Shown here in pieces: positions 43,524 through 55,193 of a stretch of 64,000 bases of DNA. The translations under genes were made by a program, and so were the position numbers. Under the pieces are notes generated by a model. That model was not told where the DNA came from, searched no databases, and saw nothing but the letters and a program-made list of their open reading frames with translations. Positions within the stretch are counted from its first letter, which is position 1. Each line of letters opens with the position of its first letter. Source of the DNA: the human T2T-CHM13v2.0 reference genome, Homo sapiens; NCBI RefSeq assembly GCF_009914755.1, contig NC_060938.1, one strand, 5' to 3'.

Positions 43524-44121
43524 TCAGGAAAGTCACTAGGGAGGGACTTGGGCCACATGCAGGCACTTTACTGCCTGGGCTCAGCCATCTACTCTGACTT
43601 CCTTGAGGTTTTTTCTGCTTCTGCTTCCCACTCAGAGAGCTGAGATGAGCTGACAAGTGTATTCTATTGATAATTAAGTTCTATTGTTTAATTTAAATTA
43701 TGTCTCACTTATTAAATATTCTTGATAAGTTTTAAAATGAAAGAATAGAACATTTTCTACTTTTCACTTTAAAAACAATTAGGCATTTACTTACATTGAT
43801 ACAGATAGTGTATGTATGTTGTGTGTGTCAGCAGAAAAGAGGTTCTTCAACAGGCCTGCCTGCTGAGGAACAGCAAGATACCTTGGTAGACTTTCCTTCT
43901 GACTCCAGGTGTGTAGCAAATCATGGCGATCCCTGGGCCTCCCACTTACCGCCAGCTGGGCAAGGATATGGATAGGCGAAGGCCGAGGCTCTGTAGAACT
44001 GGACCTTGAGACAAGGTCCTCTTATTCCTGCCCTCCAGTCTCAGGTGTATCCTCAAAAAGGCTGGGGTACACAGTGATGACACCATTGGCCTAATGGATG
44101 TGTTTTGTATCCTGTCCCCAG

Positions 44122-44211
44122 AGCCTGGTCACTCTCCGTACAGCCGGGCAACTCTCCCCAGCGGTCAGCGAGGCTTCGTGATGCCCAGCCTTAAGGGCCG
44201 TAGAAAGTCGG
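44122..44211 (+). CDS. PLEKHG3: Candidate PLEKHG3 cassette exon (90 nt, outside the 1219-aa model)
   Basis: gtccccag| ...AAG TCG G|gtgcga; phase 1-1 with no stop: EPGHSPYSRATLPSGQRGFVMPSLKGRRKS; CpG-rich relative to its flanks. Confidence 0.65.
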
Positions 44212-44689
44212 GTGCGACCTCTGCTTTCCGGCTGGGATGCTGTGAGGGGCTTGGCAGTGGGTGTAGCTGATGCGCTGATATGCTCATTGCCAGGGAGGCA
44301 AGGGGCTTGAGGTGGAGCCAGGGACCTCCGGAGATGTTGCTAGTTGGTCTGAAGGGGGCAGCATGGAACTGAGTCCCCTCCCTATGGCTCCTGCGCGAGG
44401 GCCCTGGGCCAGGTGCCCTAATGCATTGCATCATGGGTGGTACTGCTCCGGCAGGGCTGGTAGTCACAGCGGGGGTCCTGGAGATGGATGGGCCCGCCTC
44501 CCTGTCCGTAGGTGCAAGGGGGCTCGCCGACACTGTGGAAGGCAGCTTCCCTGGGGCCTATGACTGCAGGGGGCCAAGCCAGAGTGGACTTTGAGCTGGT
44601 GATGGGCTGGTGGCGCTATGAGCTTGGGACCCAGCCAGGCACAGCAGTTTCCTGGCCCGCGCTGACTCTGCTCATGCTTTCCTCCTCAG

Positions 44690-44728
44690 AGCCAACCAAA
44701 CACCTGCTCAGGCAACTCAACGAGAAAG
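44690..44728 (+). CDS. PLEKHG3: PLEKHG3 exon 13
   Basis: cctcag| EPTKHLLRQLNEK |gtgagt; 39 nt, phase 1-1. Confidence 0.9.
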
Positions 44729-45192
44729 GTGAGTGTGTGAGGTGGCCAGCCATTCCCAGTGAGCGGGGGAGGAGGAGGGAGGAGGGGAAGCAGCCGACAA
44801 CCTGGGGTGTGACCTGAGGGTGGAGGATTGTCAGAATAGTGTAGAGGGAACTCTGCCTCCATTCCCCCCAGAAGAGGGCCTCGCCCCTGGCTGGCTGAGG
44901 AGAGGGGCTGGAGCTCTCCCCCATGCACAGGCCTCATGCCCTTTCCTCCGGAAACAATGAGAGCCGAGCAACAGGCACAGACCTGCGCTGCTCTGTGGCC
45001 CCTGGGCCCCTGCTCTGTCAGTCATTCTTTTGAAAGCCCAGGAGACTAGGTGAGGGTTCTGGGAGCAGGAGCCCCCAGTGAGGACTTCCCCAGGGAGCTG
45101 TCCAGAGGTCTTTTTCCTGCTTACTGATCTCTTCCCCTCCCCTCCCCTGCCCCTCGCCCGTGTGCTGGGGGACCCGGTGGTGATGTCTGCAG

Positions 45193-45212
45193 CCCGAGCA
45201 GCAGGAATGAAG
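45193..45212 (+). CDS. PLEKHG3: PLEKHG3 exon 14 (20-nt microexon)
   Basis: ctgcag| ARAAGMK |gtaaag; needed to convert phase 1 to phase 0 and give the 3660-nt total. Confidence 0.88.
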
Positions 45213-45698
45213 GTAAAGGCCAGTGGGAGGAGGGGACTGGCTGACAGAGGAGGGTGGGACTGCCCAGGTCAGCCCCCGGCCCCTTCAGCCCTCATTGTCT
45301 TCATTCATTCAACAAATGCCTACTAAGCACCCACTGTGTACCAGGCTGTGTGGCTTAGGGCCACAGAGATGAATAAGACATGGGCCTTGCCCTGGGGGCC
45401 CTTCTGCACCCTCTGCCTAGAACAGCACCCTGCTGGGGGCCTGCCCAGTGTGGACCTACTCAGATTTCCCTCTCCCTAGGGTAGAGAAGTAGGCAGGCCT
45501 GTTTGGGTTCTGAAGTTTTGACCAGGTCCCAGCCTTTCCACCATGAGAATGCCCACCCCTCCCTGGACCCCAGTGGCAACCTGAGTTGGGCATCTAGGTG
45601 TGGCTTTCTGTGTGAAGGCTCCCCCCCCGCAGCTGCCTGCAGGAGGACGGGAGGTTGCCCAAGAGGCTGGTCACGAGGGGGTCTTGTGCTCTGAACAG

Positions 45699-46061
45699 CA
45701 TGCAGGCAGTGCTGGAACCCTCCTGGACTTTGGGCAGCCCTCCCGTACTCGGGGCCTGCAGCCAGAGGCTGAAGGGGCTACCCAGGAGGAGGAAGAGGAA
45801 GAGGAGGAGGTGGTGGAGGAGGAGGAGGAGGAGGAGGAGGAAGAGCAGGCCTTTCAGGTCTCTCTGGAGGACCTGACAGGGCATGAAGGCAACGAGAAGG
45901 GGGCTGGGCCGGAGCCCCCAGGCTCAGAGGAGGAGGAGGAGGAGCAGGAGGAGAGCCTGGCGGTGGCGGAGCAGGTAGCCGACTTTGCCAGCTCCCTGCT
46001 GGCCGCCCTCCACTGCTGGCACTATCGGGCCAACGCTTTACTTTTCTCCCGGGGCGCTATG
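45699..46061 (+). CDS. PLEKHG3: Candidate PLEKHG3 acidic poly-Glu alternative exon (donors after 45974 or 46061)
   Basis: gaacag| HAGSAGTLLDFGQ...E8-VV-E10...SLAVAEQ (|gtagcc) VADFASSLL...GAM |gtgagg; 276 or 363 nt, both phase 0-0 and stop-free. Confidence 0.7.
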
Positions 46062-46578
46062 GTGAGGTGTCTCTTCGATCTCCCCTCCTCCTTGCATGCT
46101 CCCTGGGATGTGCATGCCCACCCGAGGGCCCCCTCTGCTGCCCTCCTCACCCCACCCTGCCCTGGTTTTACTCCTCCCCTCAGCACTTAACACCATCGCT
46201 CGCTGTCACACCCTGGTGAGCCCCTGGCATGCTCTGTTCCAGTACTGGGCACTAATCAATATAACGCCCAACAAGCATGACAAGTGGGGTGGGGTGGTGG
46301 GGGCAGGGAGAAGCTAGCACACAGTGGGGCTGGAAAGGTCAAGTCCACTTTGGAGGGACAGAAAGGTGGGCTGAGGTTTTTTGAAGCTGCATGCCTGACA
46401 AGGCTTTCCGCAGCCCCAGGCCTGGCAGTTCAGGTTGGCTCTGGAATGGCTCAGGTCCAAGACTGGCTCTCAGCTCAGCCCAGCCCCTTGGGGCGTGGGA
46501 GGCACTGCCCGTGTTGGGATGCAGAAGGGATCAGCTTCCAGTTGTCTTGGAGTTGATGACTGACCTCTACCTCTGCAG

Positions 46579-46692
46579 GGAAAGGGGCGCAGGGAGTCTG
46601 AAAGCTCCAGGAGCAGCAGAAGGCCCAGTGGCCGGTCTCCAACCAGTACTGAGAAGCGCATGAGCTTCGAGTCCATTTCTTCCCTGCCAGAG
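46579..46692 (+). CDS. PLEKHG3: PLEKHG3 exon 15
   Basis: ctgcag| GKGRRESESSRSSRRPSGRSPTSTEKRMSFESISSLPE |gtgagc; 114 nt. Confidence 0.93.
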
Positions 46693-47417
46693 GTGAGCGA
46701 CCAGCAGGTGGGATGGGGATAGTAGGAAGAACTTGGAGTCCAGATTTTCAAGTCTGCAAATAGGGCTTTCAGGCACAGGCTCTCCCACTGGGCCCATGGG
46801 AACAGAGATTCCCCACCTCCCAGGACTCTCAGCCCTGCATGAAGCCTGTTTGGCCTAGAGTATATGGTTTGGTGAGCAGACCACCCCTTTCTATGAAGTA
46901 GAGAAAGGCTCCCCTTTGGGCAGATGCAGTCCCATGTCAAGGGCACGCAGCTAGTGGAAATGAACCAGGTATTAGGCTCCTTTCGTTAGGCCACCTTGTA
47001 TGGGTTATAAGGCCCTGTCCCTGCCAGCATGCCAGACATTGAAATCACACCTGTGGTCACCTGGGCAAAGGGTAGAGAACTGATATCTGTTGGACACCTC
47101 CTCTGTAACTGATGTGTTATTTCTTCCTACTCTTCCCCACAATGGCTCTAGAAGGAAAAGGGCACTGAGTGGTTGATGGCGTGCCTAACACTGAGCAGCT
47201 TCTGAGGCGCGGGGCTGAGATCAGACCTGGGGCTGGGACTCAGAGGCCCACTCTCCTCCTCCTGCTGCCCTATGCTGTCTGTGGGTTGTAGGAAGCAGCA
47301 TCCTTTACTTTCCCAAAGTTATAAGGGAAAGATCGTGAGCTACAGCCTGGACCCCATGTTGGACCCCACAGCCAGGACTGAGAAGCCTGGATGATACTGG
47401 ACAGGAATGTAGCATGA

Positions 47418-47760
47418 TGTCTTAGCTTGAGCTGCTGTAACAAAATCCCTTACTGCTACGTGGGTAGCTTAGTTATTGCTCACAGTTTTGGAGGCTGGAA
47501 ATTCTAAGGTCAAGATGCCAGCAGACCCTGGGGAGGGCTTGCCCTCTGCTTCGTAGATGGTGGCTTCTTGCTGTGTCCTCACATGGCAAAGGGGCAAGGA
47601 AGCTCCCTTGAGCCTCATTTGTAAGGGATCTGACCCCACTCATGAGGATGGAGCCCTTGTGACCTAATTTCCCAAAGGCCCCCCCTCTCATTCCCATCAC
47701 ACTGGGTGTTAGCCTCCACATGGCAATTTTAGAGATACACAGACATTCAGAGCAGAGCAA
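47418..47760 (-). mobile_element. MLT1A/MST-type LTR
   Basis: TGTCTTAGC...GCTGCTGTAACAAAAT...GCTCACAGTTTTGGAGGCTGG...TCAAGATGCCAGCAG. Confidence 0.8.
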
Positions 47761-47764
47761 ATTG

Positions 47765-48055
47765 GGGTGTCAAATAATAATACAATGAGAACCACCCATT
47801 ACAAAGTTTAAAAGAAGCAGATGAAATTAATTTTAGTAGTATATTTTATTTAACCCAATGTATACAGAGTATTATTCTAACATGTAATCAACATAAAAAG
47901 TTACTGATATGTTTTATCCCTTTTTTTATACAGAGTCTTTGCAATCTGGTGTGTATTTTATCCCAAGAGCAGGTTTCCATCTGGCCTAACCCCATTTCGG
48001 GTGCTCAGAAAGCCACAGTGGCTGGTGGCTCCCATGTTGAACAGTGCAAGTCTAG
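47765..48055. mobile_element. MER33-like DNA transposon fragment
   Basis: GAAATTAATTTTAGTAGTATATTTTATTTAACCCAA...GTGGCTGGTGGCT. Confidence 0.7.
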
Positions 48056-48873
48056 ATCATGGGTCTTGCTCTGCAGATTCTGAACTAGAACAGAAGGAAT
48101 TATGTCCGATCTTATAATTTAGTGTTTGCTCTTATCTCCTTAAAGACTGCTCTGGAAAGCCGCGTATGTCATCAGTTCTGTGGTTCAAATTACTTTCAAG
48201 GTGGTCAAGAGGGAATTCTCAAGTTTGCTTTCTTCCTTGCCCATTTCCTGGGCATATGCAGTTGTGCTGGGCCCACAGGTACTGGGAGGAGCCACATTCC
48301 TGGTCCTCATCCTCTGACGAGATTCCAGCATGTGGCTGTGTTGCTCTCTAGACCCTAATCCACATGGGAGGCCCTGTCCCCTGAGGAAAATGAAATGGCC
48401 TCTCATGTTGTGCAGGTCTGGGTTTGAACCCTAGAACCTCCAAGTGAGGAGCCTCTAGGGCTTTGGGGAGCTGCCTCACCATCAGCCATGCTGGTTCCAT
48501 GACACTGTGAGAACCAGCCCCTGGGAACCTGGGGCCATGCCCAACCCACTGTTGTGTGTTCCCACCTTGTCCCTGTAGCTCCTAGGCTGGCTGCCATCAA
48601 GGTGTTGCCATCCTGACCCATCTGCATTCTTACTGTTTTCCTTGGTTTTGAGGACATGGGCCCAGCACCCCCACTGTACGGTGACTAAAGGACACAGTCA
48701 TGTTCCTCTAAGGACCCATCACCTACTCCTAAGTCGTGCTCATTCTGATTGCCTTGAGTCCTAAACTACAGGTCCCTGTCATTGGGCCTTGAGCAGGCCA
48801 TGCTGTCCCCTTGTTCCCCGGATCCCATGAAGGAGGCTTTTTACTCATGTGAGCCTTTTCTGCTATGTTTCAG

Positions 48874-50293
48874 GTTGAGCCGGACCCTGAGGCTGGGAGT
48901 GAGCAAGAGGTATTTTCTGCTGTGGAAGGGCCCAGTGCCGAGGAGACGCCTTCAGACACAGAATCTCCAGAAGTCCTGGAGACACAGCTTGATGCCCACC
49001 AGGGCCTTCTGGGGATGGACCCCCCAGGTGACATGGTGGACTTCGTGGCAGCTGAGAGCACTGAGGACCTTAAGGCCCTGAGCAGCGAGGAGGAAGAAGA
49101 AATGGGAGGTGCCGCCCAGGAGCCTGAGAGCCTTCTGCCACCCTCCGTGCTGGACCAGGCCAGCGTCATTGCGGAGCGATTTGTCAGCAGCTTCTCTCGG
49201 CGGAGCAGCGTGGCACAGGAGGACAGCAAGTCCAGTGGCTTTGGGAGCCCGCGGCTGGTCAGCCGGAGCAGCAGCGTGCTCAGCCTGGAGGGCAGCGAGA
49301 AGGGCCTGGCCCGGCATGGCAGTGCCACAGACTCCCTCAGCTGTCAGCTCTCCCCAGAAGTGGACATCAGTGTGGGGGTGGCCACAGAGGACAGCCCTTC
49401 TGTCAATGGGATGGAGCCCCCAAGCCCAGGCTGCCCAGTGGAGCCTGACCGGTCTTCCTGCAAGAAGAAGGAATCAGCACTCTCCACCCGAGACCGGCTG
49501 TTGCTAGACAAGATTAAGAGCTATTATGAAAATGCAGAACACCATGATGCAGGCTTCAGCGTCCGTCGCCGGGAGAGCCTCTCCTACATCCCCAAAGGAC
49601 TGGTAAGAAACTCCATCTCCAGGTTCAACAGCCTTCCCCGGCCAGACCCAGAGCCAGTACCTCCAGTGGGGAGCAAGAGACAGGTGGGCTCCCGGCCGAC
49701 TTCGTGGGCCCTGTTTGAGCTCCCAGGACCAAGCCAGGCAGTCAAAGGGGACCCACCTCCCATCTCAGATGCTGAGTTCCGCCCATCTTCAGAAATTGTG
49801 AAGATCTGGGAGGGAATGGAGTCTTCCGGAGGGAGCCCTGGGAAGGGGCCAGGCCAGGGCCAGGCCAATGGCTTTGACCTGCATGAGCCACTCTTCATCC
49901 TGGAGGAGCATGAGCTGGGAGCCATCACAGAGGAGTCGGCCACTGCCTCCCCGGAAAGCTCCTCTCCCACTGAGGGGCGCAGCCCGGCCCACCTGGCCCG
50001 GGAGCTGAAAGAGCTGGTGAAGGAGCTGAGCAGCAGTACCCAGGGGGAGCTGGTGGCCCCACTGCACCCCCGCATCGTGCAGCTCTCCCACGTAATGGAC
50101 AGCCACGTGAGCGAGCGCGTCAAGAACAAGGTCTACCAGCTGGCCCGCCAGTACAGCCTCCGGATCAAGAGCAACAAGCCAGTGATGGCCAGGCCACCAC
50201 TGCAGTGGGAAAAGGTGGCCCCTGAGAGGGATGGGAAGAGCCCCACTGTGCCCTGTCTACAGGAAGAGGCTGGAGAGCCATTAGGTGGCAAAG
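48874..50293 (+). CDS. PLEKHG3: PLEKHG3 exon 16 (1420-nt internal exon; Ser/Pro/Glu-rich, includes the reported F-actin-binding region near ERVKNKVYQLARQYS)
   Basis: Matches long ORF 48865-50340; tttcag|GTT and AAAG|gtatga. The actin-binding assignment comes from recall, not from the sequence. Confidence 0.95.
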
Positions 50294-50819
50294 GTATGAC
50301 AGAAGCGGCAAGTGGGCCCTTCCCCAAGTCTAGGGACTGAAGAGTCAATAAGGAGCCACTTGGCTCCTCGGGGAAAGTGACCTCTAAGGAGGCTCTACCA
50401 AAGGGAGAAGCTGGACCCTGGGCACTAAGGGCACAGGGTGAGCCCTGGCAGCCAGTCCAGTGCTCTGAGGCCAAGCTTGCTCTCTTGGTTAAGCCCTTTT
50501 GATGCCCTCTGCTCTGGCCCTTCCCATCCAGCAGAGGCTTCTGGAGGAAGCATGGCCCCAGGCCCCTCCTTTAGCAGGATGGGAGCAGAAGCTCTCCCCC
50601 TCTGCCTTTGACTCCTGACCCCTTTCCACTGCCTTTTCTTCATTCTTCCTATGGCCCTTCATGAAAGAGGCTGTGGATGGTAAGTGAGATTTCTCCCATC
50701 ACACCCAAAACCCCAACAACCAGCCTTGCCTGGAAAGTGAGTTGGGGCCTGCTCAGAGCACCCCCTTGCAGCTCTGCCCTCCCGCCCCATGCTTCAGGCA
50801 GCTTGCTCTCTCCTCATAG

Positions 50820-51541
50820 GTAAGAGGAAGCCGGTGCTGTCTCTATTTGACTATGAGCAGCTGATGGCCCAGGAGCACAGCCCTCCCAAGCCCTCCTCGG
50901 CTGGGGAGATGTCACCACAGCGTTTCTTCTTCAACCCGTCTGCTGTCAGCCAGAGGACCACCTCGCCTGGGGGCCGGCCCTCCGCCTGGAGCCCCCTCAG
51001 CCCCACAGAGACCTTCAGCTGGCCCGACGTCCGTGAGCTCTGCTCCAAGTATGCCTCCCGCGATGAGGCACGCCGAGCAGGGGGCGGCCGGCCCCGCGGC
51101 CCACCCGTCAACAGGAGCCACTCGGTGCCGGAGAACATGGTAGAGCCACCTCTGTCGGGCAGGGTGGGCCGCTGCCGCAGCCTGAGCACCAAGAGGGGCC
51201 GGGGAGGCGGAGAGGCTGCCCAATCCCCTGGGCCTCTGCCCCAGAGCAAGCCGGATGGAGGCGAGACCCTGTATGTCACTGCAGACCTCACCCTGGAGGA
51301 CAACCGGCGGGTGATTGTCATGGAGAAGGGACCCCTTCCCAGCCCCACTGCAGGGCTGGAGGAGAGCAGTGGCCAGGGACCAAGCTCACCGGTGGCCCTG
51401 CTGGGGCAGGTTCAGGACTTCCAGCAGTCTGCAGAGTGCCAGCCGAAGGAAGAGGGTTCCAGGGACCCGGCAGACCCGAGCCAGCAGGGCAGAGTGAGAA
51501 ACCTTAGAGAGAAGTTCCAGGCCTTGAACTCTGTCGGTTGA
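50820..51541 (+). CDS. PLEKHG3: PLEKHG3 exon 17 CDS (last exon, stop TGA 51539-41)
   Basis: catag| GKRKPVLSLFDYEQL...GRVRNLREKFQALNSVG*; summed CDS is 3660 nt, or 1219 aa. Confidence 0.95.
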
Positions 51542-52160
51542 TGCTGACTCCTGGGGGAGGGAGGAGTCATGTTGGAGGTTGGGGAAGAACCTGGGCATCC
51601 TTCCCCTCAAGCCTGGGCTCATGGAGCCCCTGCCCAGGGCCCTCAGGTGGGCGGAAAGTCCATCCCCTCCGCCCTTCAGGAAGGATGCTCCCGTGTGCAG
51701 GGGTCTCCTGCCTGTGCCATCCACTGGGGCTCGAGACAATTTCCCACTCACCTGTGAGGCCGGTGTGGCTGCTTCCCTTGTAAATAGTTGTTCTCTGGTA
51801 AGAAGCCAAATATTTAAGCTCACTTCTTCCCAGAGAGAGGAAGCTCTGCTCAGGCCTCCAGCGTTGGCTGGCCATGGCCACAGCCAGATGGAGGAGCCCA
51901 TCCCCAGGAGACTCAGGCAGTGGCCTGGAGAGGCTTTGTTCTGTAACGGTGCCTTTTCTTAGGGTCCAGGCAGGAATGAAGCCAATAATTTATTGCTTTC
52001 CATTCTGTGGTATGATGTGCGTGTGCGTGAGTGTGTGGCCCCTGTTTATTCCCCTCCTGTCAAGAATGAAGTGGATTCAGTTCAGGTACTTTTGAGGGTT
52101 GTTGTGCTGACCCTGTGGTTGTCGCTGATGTACACACATTTCATTATTTGCCAATGGTGC

Positions 52161-52166
52161 AATAAC
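52161..52166 (+). terminator. PLEKHG3: Candidate proximal non-canonical PLEKHG3 poly(A) signal (AATAAC)
   Basis: AATAAC with an upstream TGTA (~52129) and a downstream TGTGTG element. Confidence 0.4.
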
Positions 52167-52608
52167 CACTGCTGACCAACCCACTATGTGTGAACTCCTT
52201 CCTAGGCTTGGCTGGGGTAGGGAAGGTTATTCATGGGCCAGGGATGTCTTAGGGAGATGGAGACATGGAGGTTGTTCCTTCCACACTCAATTGTCACTTG
52301 GGCTTATGAAACATAAGGCACCCGGGTACTGGTGGGGGAGGTGGGGCAGGAGGATGTGAGGGCGGGCTTTTTCTTTCTGCTGCCTAGACTCCCATGGGCT
52401 TCTCTGTCTAGCAGCAGCCTGCTGTCCTGTCTAGGGTAGGGGGTCCCGCATGCCAGCCTTTTGCTCTTTTCCCCAAGGGCCAGAGTTGGACCAAGAAAAG
52501 GGAGGTGGTGAGGTGGATAGACTGTTTTTCTCATAAGCAGATGCTCCCAGTATCTGGTGCCTTTTGCGTTTCTCTCTGGTCCCCAGGAAACATCCTAGAA
52601 GACAAGGA

Positions 52609-52913
52609 TTTTTTTTTTTTTTTTTTTTTGAGACAGAGTCTTATTCTGTCACCCAGGCTGGAGTGCAATGGCGTGATCTTGGCTTACTGCAACCTCCGCC
52701 TCCCAGGTTCAAGCAATTCTCGTTGTCTCAGCCTCCCAGGTCGCTGGGACTACAGGCATGAGCCACCACACCCAGCTAATTTTTTGTATTTTTAGTAGAG
52801 ACGGGGTTTCGCCGTGTTGACCAGGCTGGTCTCGAACTTCTGACCTCAGGTGATCCACCCACCTCGGCCTCCCAAAGTGCTGGGATTACAGGGGTGAGCC
52901 ACTGCATGCGGCT
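52609..52913 (-). mobile_element. Alu (Sx-type) downstream of the PLEKHG3 stop
   Basis: Poly-T plus full Alu body; a partial antisense Alu follows at ~53300-53392. Confidence 0.94.
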
Positions 52914-54134
52914 GAAGGTAAGGATTCTAAACTCGGAGACTAGAAATGTCCTAAAGGTGTCTGCAACATTGGATGAGGAGTACAAGTGCATTTTTCTGGG
53001 ATGATTCCTCCCTTTTTATCACATTCTCAGAAGTATCTTTGATTCAGAAGAGTTAGGAATGCCTCCCTATTTCAGTTGGGTTTTCTGCCCTTTCTCCACA
53101 GAGGTCCAGACTCATTTTGCTTAATTTTTTTTCTAGCTGGGGCCTGGGAGGTAGAGGCTTCAGGGCCTGGGTGGTAGAGCTGCCTGACAAGTGTTCAGCA
53201 GGGCTGCTGGGTCAGGGCCCTGTGGGCCTTCTGACCCAACCTGAAGATGGGTCTGCTAAGTCTAACAAGGTCAAGGGAAGATCAGAGGGACCCAGATTCT
53301 TTTTTATCCCCCACTTGAAACGGAGTCTTGCTCTGTCGCCCAGGCTGGAGCGCAGTGGTGCAATCTTGGCTCACTGCAACCTCCGCCTCCCTGACCCTCA
53401 CACTGTCCAGTGCCCTTGTGGTTACTCAGCATCATATCTTGAGACTGGCCTGGCAGGAGCCAGTGACTGTGGAATGACCACAGAAGATTCAGGGCAGCTG
53501 CCAGACCAGGGGCTGTCTCTGCCCTGCGCTGCTTCTGCTCAAGAGAGGTTGTCACTAGCCTCTGATCTTCCCTTGAAGAACCCGACTGGGGCTCTTCAGA
53601 GGGTGGGGCCCAGGAAGTTGTAGTTAACCCCTTCCCCAGGCAGTCCTTACACGGCCATCTAGGTATGCCTGGGAACCTTGCACCAGGTCGGTGGTTCTCA
53701 CTGGCTGCCCATTGGAATTATCTGGGGAGCCTTCTGGAAACGCAGTGCTTACATTCCATCTCCCTAGACCAACAGAAACTGCCCTCTGGAGGTGAATCCC
53801 AGGCTTAGAGATTCTGATGATTCTGCGGTCCAGTGAGTGCTGAGATCTGTCCTGAGCTCTGTGGGGAGGGGCCTGGACTGATCACTGCTTGGAAATGATT
53901 TTGCCCTACAGTAGGCCTTCAAGTTGATCAAATGCATGAATGAGCAAGCTTTTCTTGGAGTTTGTGATGAAGCCCAGGAACCGGGTGCTTGCAGTCGTCC
54001 CATAAGGCTCCCAGGGACAAGCTAGAGAATCTGGCTGTCCCTCTGTCTCCATGGTGCCAGCCCTCTTAGGCTCAGTTCAAAGGGAGAGGAGGCTAGTTAA
54101 ATAAGAAACTGAGAGAAACATGGAGCATTATTGA

Positions 54135-54140
54135 TTTATT
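54135..54140 (-). terminator. SPTB: SPTB distal poly(A) signal AATAAA
   Basis: TTTATT on the + strand, ~3.0 kb past the SPTB stop codon. Confidence 0.7.
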
Positions 54141-55187
54141 AGAAAAACTAGTAAATGGGTTTCCTCTGGTTGGTGGAAGCACGGTTGAGCAGGTGGAGGA
54201 CAGGACCCAGCTGGCCCCAGGGCCAGCCCCAGATTGCATGGTCTGTGCCCAACAGGGTTGCATTCCTCTGCAGCCGCCGCCTCCTCATTTCCTCCCTGAG
54301 CTTGTTTGTCCAAGCCACCAAGCCATGTGGTCCCGCTGGCTTCATCCTCCTCTGGATTCCTGCCCCCCTCCCATGAAGGGAGGAAGAGGATTCAGGGTCA
54401 GCCTAGGGGACCCTGGCTCCCTCCGATAGGCAGGAAGGAGGAGGGATGCGGAGGAGAGGCTGAGCCTTCCACGGGCCTCCTGTTAGGGGTGTTGGTGGAG
54501 GCCAGGTTGGGGAGGGAAGCCTAAGGACCCTCCACACCTCCCACAGCCAGAGTCAGTTGAGGCTGGGACAAAGGGGAAGGAGAGAGGGAAGGAGGACCGC
54601 CTGACCTTGCCCAGAAGGAGCTTCCTCTAAACTGCCCTGGGAAGGAAGCCTGGTATGCTGGTGTGGACTGGAGCTGTGTCAACCTCGTTTGGGAATACTG
54701 TCAAAAGACTGTAGAGTAGAATAAGGAGAGAAAAAAAAAAAAAGACCTTGCTAGGGCACTGGGAGAGCTTAGCCCTGGTGTGGCACACACAGGGTCTCCC
54801 AAAGCTGGATGCCTGCATTTTCAGTCTAGTTGGTCGAATGTCTTGGAGCCTGGGTGACAGGAGGGATGTGTGGGGAGCTGGCAACAGAATGGTCACATGC
54901 AGCTGGCTGCCCTGGACCAGGCCAGGGGACCTGGGGTGGTGAGATGCTAGCTCTTCCACTAGAGCCCTTCCTTTCTCGGGTCTGTGGAGTTGCTTGCTGG
55001 AAATGCCTCACTTCAGGTGCTGATTTGGCACACGTGGAAGGGGGAGGGTGGGCCCTTGTCCCTAGGCTCCCTAAAGACTGGCCCAGGGAAACAGTTGAGG
55101 GAGATGTTTGCCACCATCTGCCCTTCAGCAAGGAACCTGCTCTCTGCCCCAGAGGAGGACATGCCTGCAAGTGCACCAAAGGCCTAC

Positions 55188-55193
55188 TTTATT
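55188..55193 (-). terminator. SPTB: Possible SPTB proximal poly(A) signal AATAAA
   Basis: TTTATT on the + strand inside the SPTB 3'UTR. Confidence 0.45.

Noticed and set aside
48870-51348. Long minus-strand ORFs opposite exons 16-17 (also 35299-35913)
   Set aside because: Antisense shadows of GC-rich coding exons.
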